59,519 nt of DNA, filler included, from Nemertoderma westbladi (GCA_032718475.1; 3 parts of 3 records of this genome joined end to end with filler, not necessarily neighbours in it); one strand, 5' to 3'. Positions 28,434-39,293 are shown, counted from the first letter of the whole stretch. The notes: generated by a model from the sequence alone, not told the origin. Numbers and translations are program-made.

Positions 28434-29763
28434 TAACAGTGGGTCTTTTCTTACCAACATTATAAACTTCAGTTAAAGATTCCCTCACTATAATAGCGCC
28501 GTAAAGCTAGAAATATCGGCCTAGTGAGTGCTTGACTCACTTATTTGGGATTTTAAAGACAAATTATTTTAATTGTTTTTCTTTAGACTCAAATCTGTCG
28601 TTGATGGCATTGGAAAGTTTACCGTTGCTCAATAATTTATCTTAATTCTGATATTTTGTGCATTAAAATTTTATATGATGTGCAATTTGTAAAGCTATGT
28701 AGTATTTTATATTACTAAGATTTCAGCATTGAGTCTGTCTGTACAAACATTGTTAAACCGCCGGATAATAATTTACAATGGATATTTGAGAAATAAAGTC
28801 TTTATTTTACTACATAAGTGTTTGGAGTTTTTTAAACGGTTTATTCGTTGAAATTCCTTGAAACTGGTTTACCAAAGTAAAAAGTTCCGCCCTGTTAAGC
28901 CAGGGATTACACAAAAAGTCTGGCGACTTCCCCCCCCCCCCCCCCCCCCCCCCCCCCATTCTATACCATTCAAGGATGCAAGGCAGACCTGCGACCTGTG
29001 AAGGCAACGTGTTTAACCACTAAGTGGGAACTTCAACAATTAAAATATATCTGAACATTAATGTTATTATTGATTTAAGTTATTTAATTTTCGTATAATT
29101 ACTTACACCGTACAGATTACCGGTGAGAGGTTTAACTGATTTAAGAAAGTTCATTTCATTTACGCACCGGCCAATAACCGTAGAAATCTTACCACCACAG
29201 CTATCTAACTCCTACAAATAATATACATATTATAATTATAATAACAATAATAAGGTAAATACATAATTGTATACATAGTATTTATCTTAGAGTTTAAACA
29301 GGATCCCGAAAAACCGTGCTCATCCCGGCGAACAATGCAATCCCGGTCCAGATCCCGAATTTTTTGGAACGGGAGTATAAATAGTGAAGTAAATTTATAG
29401 AATATCTGATAAAATAAAAAGTTCCAGCAGAACAAACGGAAGTGATTTGATTTTATCGAATTTTGATGTCAGTATAATTTTAATATAACTTTATCTTACT
29501 AATACTTCAGAAGTGGAAGATAAAGTGAGTGTTACACAAAACCCGACACATATATTATTAACTTTTAGGAATTTAATCCCGTTTAAACACTTATTTATTT
29601 ACCAACACGGCTATCTCACTTACAACAAATAATATGTATTTCCCATGACGGCTGTCTAACAAACTATAAAATAATGTATTTTTGCCGTCTTGTCTATATC
29701 GTAAATTATCGTCTAATTTTAAATATATTTTTATTGCTCGATTTCTAATTTACACAAATTACG

Positions 29764-29863
29764 NNNNNNNNNNNNNNNNNNNNNNNNNNNNNNNNNNNNN
29801 NNNNNNNTTAATTAATTAANNNNNNNNNNNNNNNNNNNNNNNNNNNNNNNNNNNNNNNNNNNN
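29764..29863. other. Artificial contig spacer (N44-TTAATTAATTAA-N44)
   Basis: Identical to the first spacer. Confidence 0.95.
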
Positions 29864-32017
29864 ATATTTCATAACTTGAGGAAATTCGATATGCATTTAC
29901 TACTAAAAGAAGGAATGACCGATAGTTCTAGAACACACTGGAAAATGACTGTAATACCAAAAAACACCGAAACTTATATTCACCTTAAAGTTAGCTTCCC
30001 AATCGATCCGAGTACACCAACAGCCAACGCTAAAGAAAGTATCTCCATTAATTTTCTAGATTCCTATCAGTTTATGACTGCCAGCCTAGATAATCTTAGT
30101 AGTTATCTCACTAAAAATAACAGTAACCTAGCAACAGCCATACCCCATACACTAGCTCAAATGACCCGACTCTACCCCAGCATTAGCGATAACACAATAA
30201 AAAACAAGGGCGTATTCCCATATTCCTACATTCAAAATATTTCAAACCTATACGAAACTACACTCCCCCCATTAGAAAGCTTCTATAATGATCTCAAATT
30301 GGAACAATGTAGCGCAGAAAACTATCAGCGCGCGCTTACTACTTGGGATGAATTAAACTGTCTAACAATCTTCGACTATATGATTGGCTATTTGGTTCTA
30401 GACGTTACCCTATTGGCTGATACTTTCGAGCAGTTCCGATCCCTCTGTCTTACTAATTATGGACTCGAGCCCGTAATGTACTTCACTGCCCCTGGATTAA
30501 CTTACGACGCGGCGCTGAAATTCACGCAATCAGAAATTCAATTACTATCAGACGCTTCCATCTACTCGGACTTTGAAACAAATATTAGGGGTGGTCTAGT
30601 ATTCTTGAATACACATTCCGTAGACGCAAATATCCCCGATAAACCCGACTATGACTCCAGTCTCCCCGAGAAATATCTAATTCCCATCGATGCGAATAAC
30701 CTTTACGGCTGCGCCCTGAGCCAGAAACTTCCCTACGCTAATATTAAACTCGTAACTACCCCCATAGACCTAGCTACAGTAGACGCGAGTGGGGATACTG
30801 GTTATTATTGCATAGTTGATCTACATTATCCGAAAGAAATTCATGATTTGACCGCCGATCTGCCTCTAGGAGCGGAGAAGATGTCAGTCCCTAAATCCTT
30901 TCTTAGCGAATACATGGAAGATCTTTGGGAGCATTACAATCTCACCGATACAGCTAGCTGTAGACCATACAACGATACCTGTACTAAGCTACTACTACAT
31001 CAGTTTAATAAGGTTGAATACGGTATCCATATTAAGCTACTTCAACTCTATTTGAAGCTCGGTCTTAAACTTACACAAGTACATAGGGTCTACTCTTTCT
31101 CACAAAAATATATTTTCAAGGACTACATTAGTTTTAATACAAATAAAAGACAGTCGGCAAATAACCCATTCGAGGTCCTATTTTATAAGTTGATGAACAA
31201 TGCCTTGTATGGGAAATGCCTCCAAAAGGTTAGAGACCGCGTTTCTTTCAGGTTATGCAATAGCGACGAGCAATGCGATTTGCTCTTAGCCAAGCCCAAT
31301 CACGAATCGTTTGTTGTATTTACCCCCAACTTGAGTGGTCATACTTTCACTAAAGAGGCTGTTTGCCTAAATCAGGGCGTGTTCATCGGTTGCACTATAC
31401 TAGATCTATCTAAGCTACAGATGTACGACCTATTTTACAACAAACTGAAGCCTCTAGAACAAAAACTGGATTGCCAGATTCGCTGTCTAGCCGGTGACAC
31501 GGATTCTCTAATGCTAAGCGTAACTAATACACCACAGCTAACCTTTCTACGGGCAATGTTTGAGGGTGGTTTCCTAGATACTTCCAACTACAGTACAACA
31601 CATCCACTCTATACCATTAAACACAAAGCGGCTCTCGGCTTCGTAAAAGATGAGAGCTGCGGTTTGCAGTATAAACAGTGGGTTTTCCTTAAACCAAAGG
31701 TCTACAGTTTTCACTCCTATGATGCCCCAATCAAGAAAACCGCCAAAGGTGTATCTAGATCGGTTGTCGCTAAGCAACTAACACACGAGGATTATGCAGA
31801 CTGTTTTGTAAACGAGGCAATGCTCTTCCGCTATAACTCTACCTTCACTTCTAGAAAGCATCAAATTTTTACTGGTCATGTCTATAAGAAGGCACTAACG
31901 CTCTGGGATACGAAATCATATTGGAGTAGTAAATATAGCAGCAAACCATATGGACACTATAGCACTAAGCTTGTTAGACCGGCGAAACGAGTAGTAATCC
32001 CCCCTACTAGAATTTAA
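29864..32017 (+). CDS. polB: Protein-primed family B DNA polymerase (Polinton/adintovirus type), 5'-truncated by the gap
   Basis: ExoII FHNLRKFD, FLDSYQFM, KGVFPYSY, ExoIII Y...DVTLLAD, IRGG, motif A DANNLYG, motif B YKLMNNALYGK, motif C GDTDS, KKTAKGV. No stops. Confidence 0.95.
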   Translation: MFHNLRKFDMHLLLKEGMTDSSRTHWKMTVIPKNTETYIHLKVSFPIDPSTPTANAKESISINFLDSYQFMTASLDNLSSYLTKNNSNLATAIPHTLAQMTRLYPSISDNTIKNKGVFPYSYIQNISNLYETTLPPLESFYNDLKLEQCSAENYQRALTTWDELNCLTIFDYMIGYLVLDVTLLADTFEQFRSLCLTNYGLEPVMYFTAPGLTYDAALKFTQSEIQLLSDASIYSDFETNIRGGLVFLNTHSVDANIPDKPDYDSSLPEKYLIPIDANNLYGCALSQKLPYANIKLVTTPIDLATVDASGDTGYYCIVDLHYPKEIHDLTADLPLGAEKMSVPKSFLSEYMEDLWEHYNLTDTASCRPYNDTCTKLLLHQFNKVEYGIHIKLLQLYLKLGLKLTQVHRVYSFSQKYIFKDYISFNTNKRQSANNPFEVLFYKLMNNALYGKCLQKVRDRVSFRLCNSDEQCDLLLAKPNHESFVVFTPNLSGHTFTKEAVCLNQGVFIGCTILDLSKLQMYDLFYNKLKPLEQKLDCQIRCLAGDTDSLMLSVTNTPQLTFLRAMFEGGFLDTSNYSTTHPLYTIKHKAALGFVKDESCGLQYKQWVFLKPKVYSFHSYDAPIKKTAKGVSRSVVAKQLTHEDYADCFVNEAMLFRYNSTFTSRKHQIFTGHVYKKALTLWDTKSYWSSKYSSKPYGHYSTKLVRPAKRVVIPPTRI

Positions 32018-32031
32018 TTTTATTTTTCTAG

Positions 32032-32547
32032 AATAAGAAATTGAACAACAAAATAGAAATAACCAATAAACAGTTTACCGGAAAAAACATTGCCAAATTT
32101 GAACTAGAGAAAATTTCACAGCAAATTACAGGTCAAAGATGCTTAAAACCAAACATGTTTATCTACAAAGGTGACGATTCAACTATAATGCTATTTCCCA
32201 GCGGCGCGGTAACAATTGTAGGCCTGTGCAATAATTTAGCTAGTGAATTGCTTTATTTAAAACAAACTATCGATATGCAATTACAAAATTTGAACCTTAA
32301 TACCGAAACACGAACTATTATTTTTCCAAGTGTTAATTTTAAATTATTAATGAAAAAATGTGGACATCGTACAATTAATAATAAAGCAATATTTATTAGC
32401 TATACCCCTGAATTATTTTGCGCGATTAGAATATATATAGGACGTGCATATTTCAGTGTATTTCATAGTAATAAAATTGTTTCCATGTGTCCTGCCGGTG
32501 AATTCCCCGGATCATTATCTATTTTACAAACTTTATTATTAAATTAG
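32032..32547 (+). CDS. Divergent TATA-box-binding-protein-like protein
   Basis: Two TBP repeats by eye: ITN..KFELEKI..STIMLFPSGAVTIVG (TBP LQN..KLDLKTI..TTALIFSSGKMVCTG) and ISYTPELFCAIRI..FSVFHSNKIVSM (TBP SSYEPELFPGLIY..LLIFVSGKVVLT). Length is about one TBP core. No N-terminal ATG; the frame opens right after TTTATTTTTCTAG. Confidence 0.8.
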   Translation, partial: NKKLNNKIEITNKQFTGKNIAKFELEKISQQITGQRCLKPNMFIYKGDDSTIMLFPSGAVTIVGLCNNLASELLYLKQTIDMQLQNLNLNTETRTIIFPSVNFKLLMKKCGHRTINNKAIFISYTPELFCAIRIYIGRAYFSVFHSNKIVSMCPAGEFPGSLSILQTLLLN

Positions 32548-32589
32548 TTTATTTACTATGGTATACATGAAAGTTTACTATATTATTTA

Positions 32590-33130
32590 TTTTGTGTTGG
32601 TTTTTATTTTTCCGTGAGTAGGGTTTGAATCCGTGACCATCCGTGTTACCCACTTTTTATAATTGCATTAGTAGGATTCGAACCCTGGTTTAACTTATTT
32701 TGTGTTGGATTTATAATGGTCGCGAGTAGGGCTTGAACCCGTGACCAGCTGTTTTTCCTATTTTGTGTTTACTTTTTATATTTTACCATAAAACGGGATA
32801 CGAGAAGGGGTCGAGCCCGTGACCTTCTGTTTTTCCTATTTTATGTTTAGTTTAGTTACTCTAGTTATTTTATGTTTAACTTATTTTGTGTTGGTTGTAT
32901 ATTGGTCGCGAGTAGGGATTGAACCTATAACCTCCTGTTTATTTTCCATAAAACGGGATACGAGTAGGGATCGAACATGTGACCACCTGTTTATCCTATT
33001 TTATGTTTAGTTTAGGTACTCTAGCTATTCTATGTTTACTTTTTATATTTTCCATAAAACGGGATACGAGAATGGGTCGAACCTATGACCATCTGTATAT
33101 CCTATTACATGTTTAGTTAGTTACTCTATG
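32590..33130 (-). repeat. Array of seven tRNA T-arm/B-box-like motifs in modular repeats
   Basis: Minus-strand units such as GGTCACGGGTTCAAGCCCTACTCGCGACCA at about 32613, 32670, 32717, 32794, 32903, 32954 and 33060. Confidence 0.75.
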
Positions 33131-34888
33131 TTAAAGTGAATTTTCACATTATATTTATGTGAAATTATAAATTTATGCTACAATCATTATTTATATTATA
33201 AAAAACAGAAATATTCGAGTTATATTGCATTATATATTTTGCATTGAAGTGTAATACTTTAGATGTTGGGGGAATCTGGTTTGCGAGGGATATTTGAATG
33301 GTGAGTATAACTATCCTTGAGAGCTAGTGCAACGCTATCTCACTATGGATGGGCTTTACCACTGTACTCGCATCTGCTCTCTCATTGGCTGCTCGATGCC
33401 TCCGATTAAGGGTCTAAGGCCTTCAAGCTGATTATTTGCTTAGTTTTCTAATTAGAAGGTCGTGAGTTTGGACCCTAGAAGAGCATTATTCTTTTTCCTA
33501 GCTCTTGGTTAACTCTAGCATATACTCTAGCTTCGACTCTCCCAGCTATAGTGATAGTATGCAACCTTGGGAGTTAATGGGAGTAAAGGCCAAGAGATTA
33601 GACTTCAGGCTCCCTCTATTGGTTCATTCTTCTTAACTTTATAAAATAACTCAACCCATATTTAAAGTTTTAAAAATTATGACTTAGTCGACTAATTTTC
33701 CAAAGTATATTATAAAAACATATAATTTCTTGAATAAATACACCTAATAGTAATAAATATTGTGGGGTAAATACATTTATAATTCTAATATAATTATTAT
33801 GGATAAATAGTCCTAATACTAATATAATTGTGTAATAGTAAGCAAAATTTTGATGCGCAACCATCAGAGATTATTTGGATATAAAAGATCACATAGCAGG
33901 AGGCTAACTTGCTGGGATCGACAAAGGCTTTGTGTGCGGTGGACCTGTATGTCTGATATCAGGTAGATGAGAGAGCCCCCTCGGGCGTAACATTGCGGAC
34001 ATGGGCTATAATGGTAGAGAGAGAACTACATACAAGACCACATGGAGGTTCATGGAGTGTATAGGAGTGGATGGGATACGTGAATGGAGGACCCTAGAAC
34101 ATTGAATAATTAATTTAGTGTAGGAAGATGTTACGCCATTAGTCTGACACCGAGAGGGCACAGAGAAAGACCAGAACATGCCTTAACATCACTAACTATA
34201 GGCCTACTAGACACTATTAACCGCACACTTTAATAAAGGTAAACAAAATCCTTATCGCATTTCCAGCTGCAGTGAGTGACAGTTCGCTGCAAACTATAGA
34301 GAGTTTCCAGATTACTAAACGTTTCAAAACTATTAATTTTTATCCTTTGTCGGAAAATTATGTTCAATTGTCCCGTTCAACAACATTACATTACACTGGT
34401 ACACATTTGATAAAATTGTTCACAATTGTACAAATCTGGGTTTTCTGGTGGCCTATACCGTAGAAACAATAAAATAAGTATGGATAGCTAAAGTATAATT
34501 AAACAAATAAAGTTCTTTATGACTCTTTTTTCTCCACTCCATAGAATTATATCTCATCAGCCCCCCATTAGTAACACTAATTTATTCGTTTTCACAGTGA
34601 GGTCCAACTGTCACCCCTCTACTGCGCTCCCAATCCTCCCATCTCGCTCGCTCCAGCGAAAACTAACTCTGAGCCCTCAGCGATAGAATATAATTTAGCC
34701 TATGAGAAAAGAAATAATTTATTTTATAAGTAAATAATAATTTATTATTTAAGTAATTGCTTTATAACCATCTTGGTAATTCGTATAACTTTATAATTAT
34801 TGTAATTACTCAAATTAATTTCTACTCAATCTGCTTATTGCTTTAACCTATTTTATTATATCATATTATAAAGGAATGTTAGTATTAA

Positions 34889-35308
34889 TTAAAACTTACA
34901 CCATGGTTCCTCCCTGAAATCTTCTGTTTCCTCCCAGTTTTCCTGGGGAAAGGGATGTTTATACCTGCTCTCCTCAGCCGCCGCTATCTCTTCCTCGAGA
35001 AATTCTTGATACAAATATTGATCGTACCAGTTGGAGGAGGTCCGAAGTCGCTCCAACCTCTCCTCCTCCAATGCTCGAATCTCGAGCTCCCGATCAAACA
35101 AATCTTCCTCCCACGCCATTTCCTCTTCCTGGTCCCTCATAAAACGGCCATAGGGAGTTACCGCTTCCGACCTGCTCTCCGTGGTCTGCGTACCAATGCT
35201 TCTGGATGTGATGGTGATGGTAGCGTTGGATATGGTGGTGACGGGTGTAGCTGTGGTGGAGACCGGTGTCACGGAGGCGGCTAGCTGGGTGCTGGTGGTG
35301 GAAGCCAT
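34889..35308 (-). CDS. 139-aa orphan protein: Thr-rich N-terminus, TQT motif, acidic/aromatic C-terminus
   Basis: GC-richer than its flanks, ATG in ATCATGG context, TATA/Inr upstream, AATAAA just after the stop. Confidence 0.75.
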   Translation of the reverse strand: MASTTSTQLAASVTPVSTTATPVTTISNATITITSRSIGTQTTESRSEAVTPYGRFMRDQEEEMAWEEDLFDRELEIRALEEERLERLRTSSNWYDQYLYQEFLEEEIAAAEESRYKHPFPQENWEETEDFREEPWCKF

Positions 35309-35394
35309 GATAAATAGTAACTCGATAAATTGTAAACGCAAAAGTTTAAAAATGAAAAAAGTTTACAATAACTTGTGAATTATTCGAGGTCAAA

Positions 35395-35431
35395 ACTGAT
35401 GACGAATGAAGGTCCCAACTCGGTTTATATA
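35395..35431 (-). promoter_or_regulatory. TATA box plus initiator for the 139-aa ORF
   Basis: TATATAAA (35431-35424) with TCATCAGT about 31 nt downstream. Confidence 0.65.
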
Positions 35432-35786
35432 GCATCAACGCAGAGGGAGCAACGCAACAGTTTCAACGAGCGGCGGCTTTAATTAAAGGGCTCCCAGTGA
35501 TAAGTCGTTAGGAGCCAGTAGTAATTATATATCGGTAATAACTATGGGATATAGCATATGAATGTTAGCCTTATTTGGGCCCTCAAGCTTATTAGCAATA
35601 GAGATATCTCGCTTACCGGCCGGCCCTCATGCAGATTTAGCGGCGCCAAGGCTAACGGGGCACCTCAAAGACAGTCTGGCTATAGTAGAGTAGAATGGAT
35701 ATACGAGTCCATAGCTAAAATACATCTGCCATGGAGCCTTCGCGTAGCACTATGCTCACCAATTATATTTATAATTCTCTATCCGC

Positions 35787-36440
35787 GAAATTTTCAGGAA
35801 TTTTAAATTTTGGCCGTCGCTTCACGGAAAAAATAAAAAGTAAACACAAAATAGGATATACAGATTGTCATAGATTTGATTCCCTACCCCCGACCAGGGT
35901 CATTATGACCCTCCCCCCGGTGTTTGTACAACATTTTATAGGCCGGTAGTATTGGGGTTATTATGTGACTCATGAAAATAAATCTTAAATACAATACAAA
36001 TGCTCCATCTGGGTAAAAGTGGATGCAATGTATTTACAAATCGAGTGTGGATCAGGATAGTTTTCGTTAAGGTTTCACCTTGGTGAAGTGGAAGCATTGT
36101 ATTCACATTTCGAGTACCATTTTTATTGAAACTATGGGGCATTTTATATTAGCCGATTTTTCAAAATTTGTAAAGTTTTGAGGGTTTTTATGAAAAATAT
36201 AGGGATTTAGGGATTATCATTCAAATTGACTACAAAGAAGGCATAGGGATCATTAATGGTGTGCTGAGACTCAGAAATTTTCAGGAAATTTAAATTTTTG
36301 CCCTCGCTTCGTGGAAAATATAAAAAGTAAACACAAAATAGGATATACAGATTGTCATAGTTTCGATTCCCCACCTCGATCGGGGTCATTATGACCCTCC
36401 CCCCCGATATTTATACAACATTTTATAGCCCGGTAGTATT
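35787..36440 (+). repeat. ~165-bp direct repeat pair (35787-35953, 36274-36440)
   Basis: Similar copies, each with the unit seen inverted in the 32.6-33.1 kb array and the palindrome GGGTCA-TTA-TGACCC. Confidence 0.85.
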
Positions 36441-37601
36441 ATGATTAAAGCTACTAACCTAAAACATAACAAAGTGCAATTATCCTATCTGTTCCAACTC
36501 GGTGTCACTAGTTTAGATAATATACTATAATAATAGTAATAGCAGATGCTTTTAATTTCGCGATGAAATAATATCAGCAAACGAGATATAGTGAATACAT
36601 CATAGATAGAATTTTAAATTTTGCAGTTGCAAGGAGTGATAACCCTTAGGTGAAAGCTAAATTTGCTCTACTTTAATCAAATGGGGCATTAAAGCTACGA
36701 GTATATTTTCCTCTACATCCTCCTTCGAACTTACACAAATCTGGGCAAAGGCAGTTGAAAGGCTATCATTTCCCATCATATGCGGTCCTCCCTTTAATGT
36801 TTCATTGTTCTATTCATAGTCGCCTTTAAGAATTTCTCGGGAAAATAAGGATGAGGGGCTATCACTTTCAACCCCATGCGGCTCTCCCTTTCATGATTTC
36901 ATTGAACTATCCATAGTACGAACAATCAAACCAAAGCCTTTGAATATCCTCGCGGCTTATCAGCGGCGCCATGGCTAACGGCTTAATATTAACAGTGAAG
37001 CATCTAAAAGACAGAGTGTCTATGATAGGACAGAACAGCGTACTTACAGCCTAGAGGTGGTCGCCCTGAAAACTTTGCTCGCCATCAATACATACAAAGC
37101 ATCGCTTGATGGATAGAGTAATAGGGTGGATATTTTCATTTTGGTGAATATAATTTATAGCATTAATCACGAAAATCGCTAAATAATATATTTTAATTAA
37201 AATCAGCTCTGATAAACAACTTGCATAGCGAGTTTGTAAAGAATTCATAGGGATTGGCTGTTTATTTAGGGGTTAACATGCAAATTGATTATGAGCGAGC
37301 AATAGGGTCATTAATGGTATGCTGAGACTCACTTACTTCATGGCTCGCTCTCATAGAATAGATTAACTAGTAGAGAAAAATGAAAAATAACCGGTTAAAC
37401 ATCTTATATTTTTTAAACAATATGGGGAAACAAGAATAAATAATTTACCGACAACATCAATATTAAATAATATAACAACAGATAAATAATTTACCAACAA
37501 CATTGAAAATAAATAATATAAGAACATCAACAATAACAAAAGATATAATCAGAACAGTTTTTAATAAATAGAGACTGTTTATATTAATAGGGTTGCTGGT
37601 C

Positions 37602-39293
37602 TCAGAGAATAACTGGTTTAACCCTTTTAGGGTCCGATACTATTAATGGTTGCGATAATTTTCTCTTTAATAGATTGTTGAGATACCCTTTTCTTGGGGG
37701 GTGAGATAGATTAAGGTGTGTTTGCTGCGGGAGAAATATGCCTTCTCTGAGAGAACGTTTTAGTAATTCGAAAAGGCGCGCGATGGTAAAGTCGTTGGAT
37801 AGGGTGATAGTGTTGGTATTTTTCGTATTGGTGAATATAATTTCTGCTGGTTTGTTCTCGATATGAATGTAAGGACTGAGATAGTAGTGAGAGTTGGGTG
37901 GGTTGGTTATATTTATCGCGAGAAAATCACTGCCCCTAATATTGAGACCGTTGGTGAACTGAAAAGTGGTATTCTCTTCGTCTTTCATTAAAATGGGCCA
38001 GATACCAACATATTTTTCGGATTTGAACTTATAGATAAAGGCTGCGATACTGCTATTTATGAGATAGCGCTGGTGATTGGGGATTGTAATCTGCTTCGGT
38101 TTGAAAGCAAATTGTATAGCCATAGCCTTGAATCTGATTAGAGCCTCGCGCGCTTGAATTGTGTTAGCTATAGTAAAGGATTCGTTAAATTTTCTCTCGG
38201 TTATCTGTAAATCAATTTCTGAATCGCTGATACAACTTTGTAACGATATTCGCTCGGAAATGTTGTCTTTGTATACGTTAAGTTCATCGTAGCAGACACA
38301 TTCACTATCCTCGACGGTTGAATCGAACCATTTCAATTCGCCGACCTCGGTTGGTGTAAGAAGAATCATACCCCTAGAAGAAACAATAGCCTTTCCATCG
38401 TCAACCTCGTAGCCATTGGTGATCGCTAAATTGCGCTCGTTCCGAATATTTGTAACAAACCCAAAAGTGCAATAGTCAAAAGCAACCCAATTTCCCGGTT
38501 TTAGGACAAGGTGAGTAGTAGGATTAATAAAAGGGCGACAGATGTTTACATATTGTTGAAATAAATTGGCGCAGGCGACGGAAAATGTGATCCATGAACT
38601 GTTTACCGTGTCTTCCAGCTTTATTAACTCGAGTGGTTTCACTGGGTTAATACTTCCATAGGTGCCAACTCTATAATTGAATCCAAAGTAATAGGAGACT
38701 TTATTGGCGAAAAAGCATGTGAGCTCATTCAATTTCTCGCCGAAAGCGAGAACATCCTTGTCGAAAAGTTTAAAGAAACGAGTCTCCTCTTCCTCGGTCG
38801 GAGTCGACGAGTTCCAGATGAGAAGAAGAATCGAGTTTGCGATACTATGAAAATCAAATAAGCGATCATCGGAGAAGAAGGAGGTTACGAGAGTGGTTAA
38901 ACCCAGTAGACGATTTGCCACATCTTGGTTGATGTTTTCTCGAATAAAATCGACTATACTAGTTGGAATCGTAAACGTCTCGGGCGAAGTAGTTAGATTG
39001 AACGTGATTTTGTTGTCCCTTTTTAAAAGTTTGAAACCGTGGTTGGAGGAATGAAGTTTATTATCGTCGAGGGTTTGATATTGTCCATCGTGAAGTTCGT
39101 AGCAGGCGCGGAAAATAAAGTGCGCGTAGTTTGCCGGAATCGGGATGGGTTGGTTTAAGGTTGTATTTATCGTTAACGGGAAGAGTTTGTTCGCCGAATC
39201 GAAATATAGACCAAACGAGTTGTCTTGTAGCATAAACTGATTTTCGTTGCAAACCAGATCGTTGCTTGAATAGCTGATTTCTGAATGTGCCAT
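37602..39293 (-). CDS. 563-aa orphan protein with a C-terminal bipartite NLS-like motif
   Basis: Uninterrupted 1.7-kb ORF; KRKLSQPLIVSDPKRVK at the C-terminus; no family recognised. Confidence 0.85.
   Translation of the reverse strand: MAHSEISYSSNDLVCNENQFMLQDNSFGLYFDSANKLFPLTINTTLNQPIPIPANYAHFIFRACYELHDGQYQTLDDNKLHSSNHGFKLLKRDNKITFNLTTSPETFTIPTSIVDFIRENINQDVANRLLGLTTLVTSFFSDDRLFDFHSIANSILLLIWNSSTPTEEEETRFFKLFDKDVLAFGEKLNELTCFFANKVSYYFGFNYRVGTYGSINPVKPLELIKLEDTVNSSWITFSVACANLFQQYVNICRPFINPTTHLVLKPGNWVAFDYCTFGFVTNIRNERNLAITNGYEVDDGKAIVSSRGMILLTPTEVGELKWFDSTVEDSECVCYDELNVYKDNISERISLQSCISDSEIDLQITERKFNESFTIANTIQAREALIRFKAMAIQFAFKPKQITIPNHQRYLINSSIAAFIYKFKSEKYVGIWPILMKDEENTTFQFTNGLNIRGSDFLAINITNPPNSHYYLSPYIHIENKPAEIIFTNTKNTNTITLSNDFTIARLFELLKRSLREGIFLPQQTHLNLSHPPRKGYLNNLLKRKLSQPLIVSDPKRVKPVIL

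Noticed and set aside
32590-33130. True tRNA genes or a CRISPR array
   Set aside because: Only T-arm/3' halves are present. The spacers are themselves repetitive, there are no cas genes and the context is eukaryotic.
33250-34700. Possible extra gene or LTR inside the Polinton-like element
   Set aside because: CCAAT-, TATA- and AATAAA-like words are present, but there is no credible ORF, termini or TSD.
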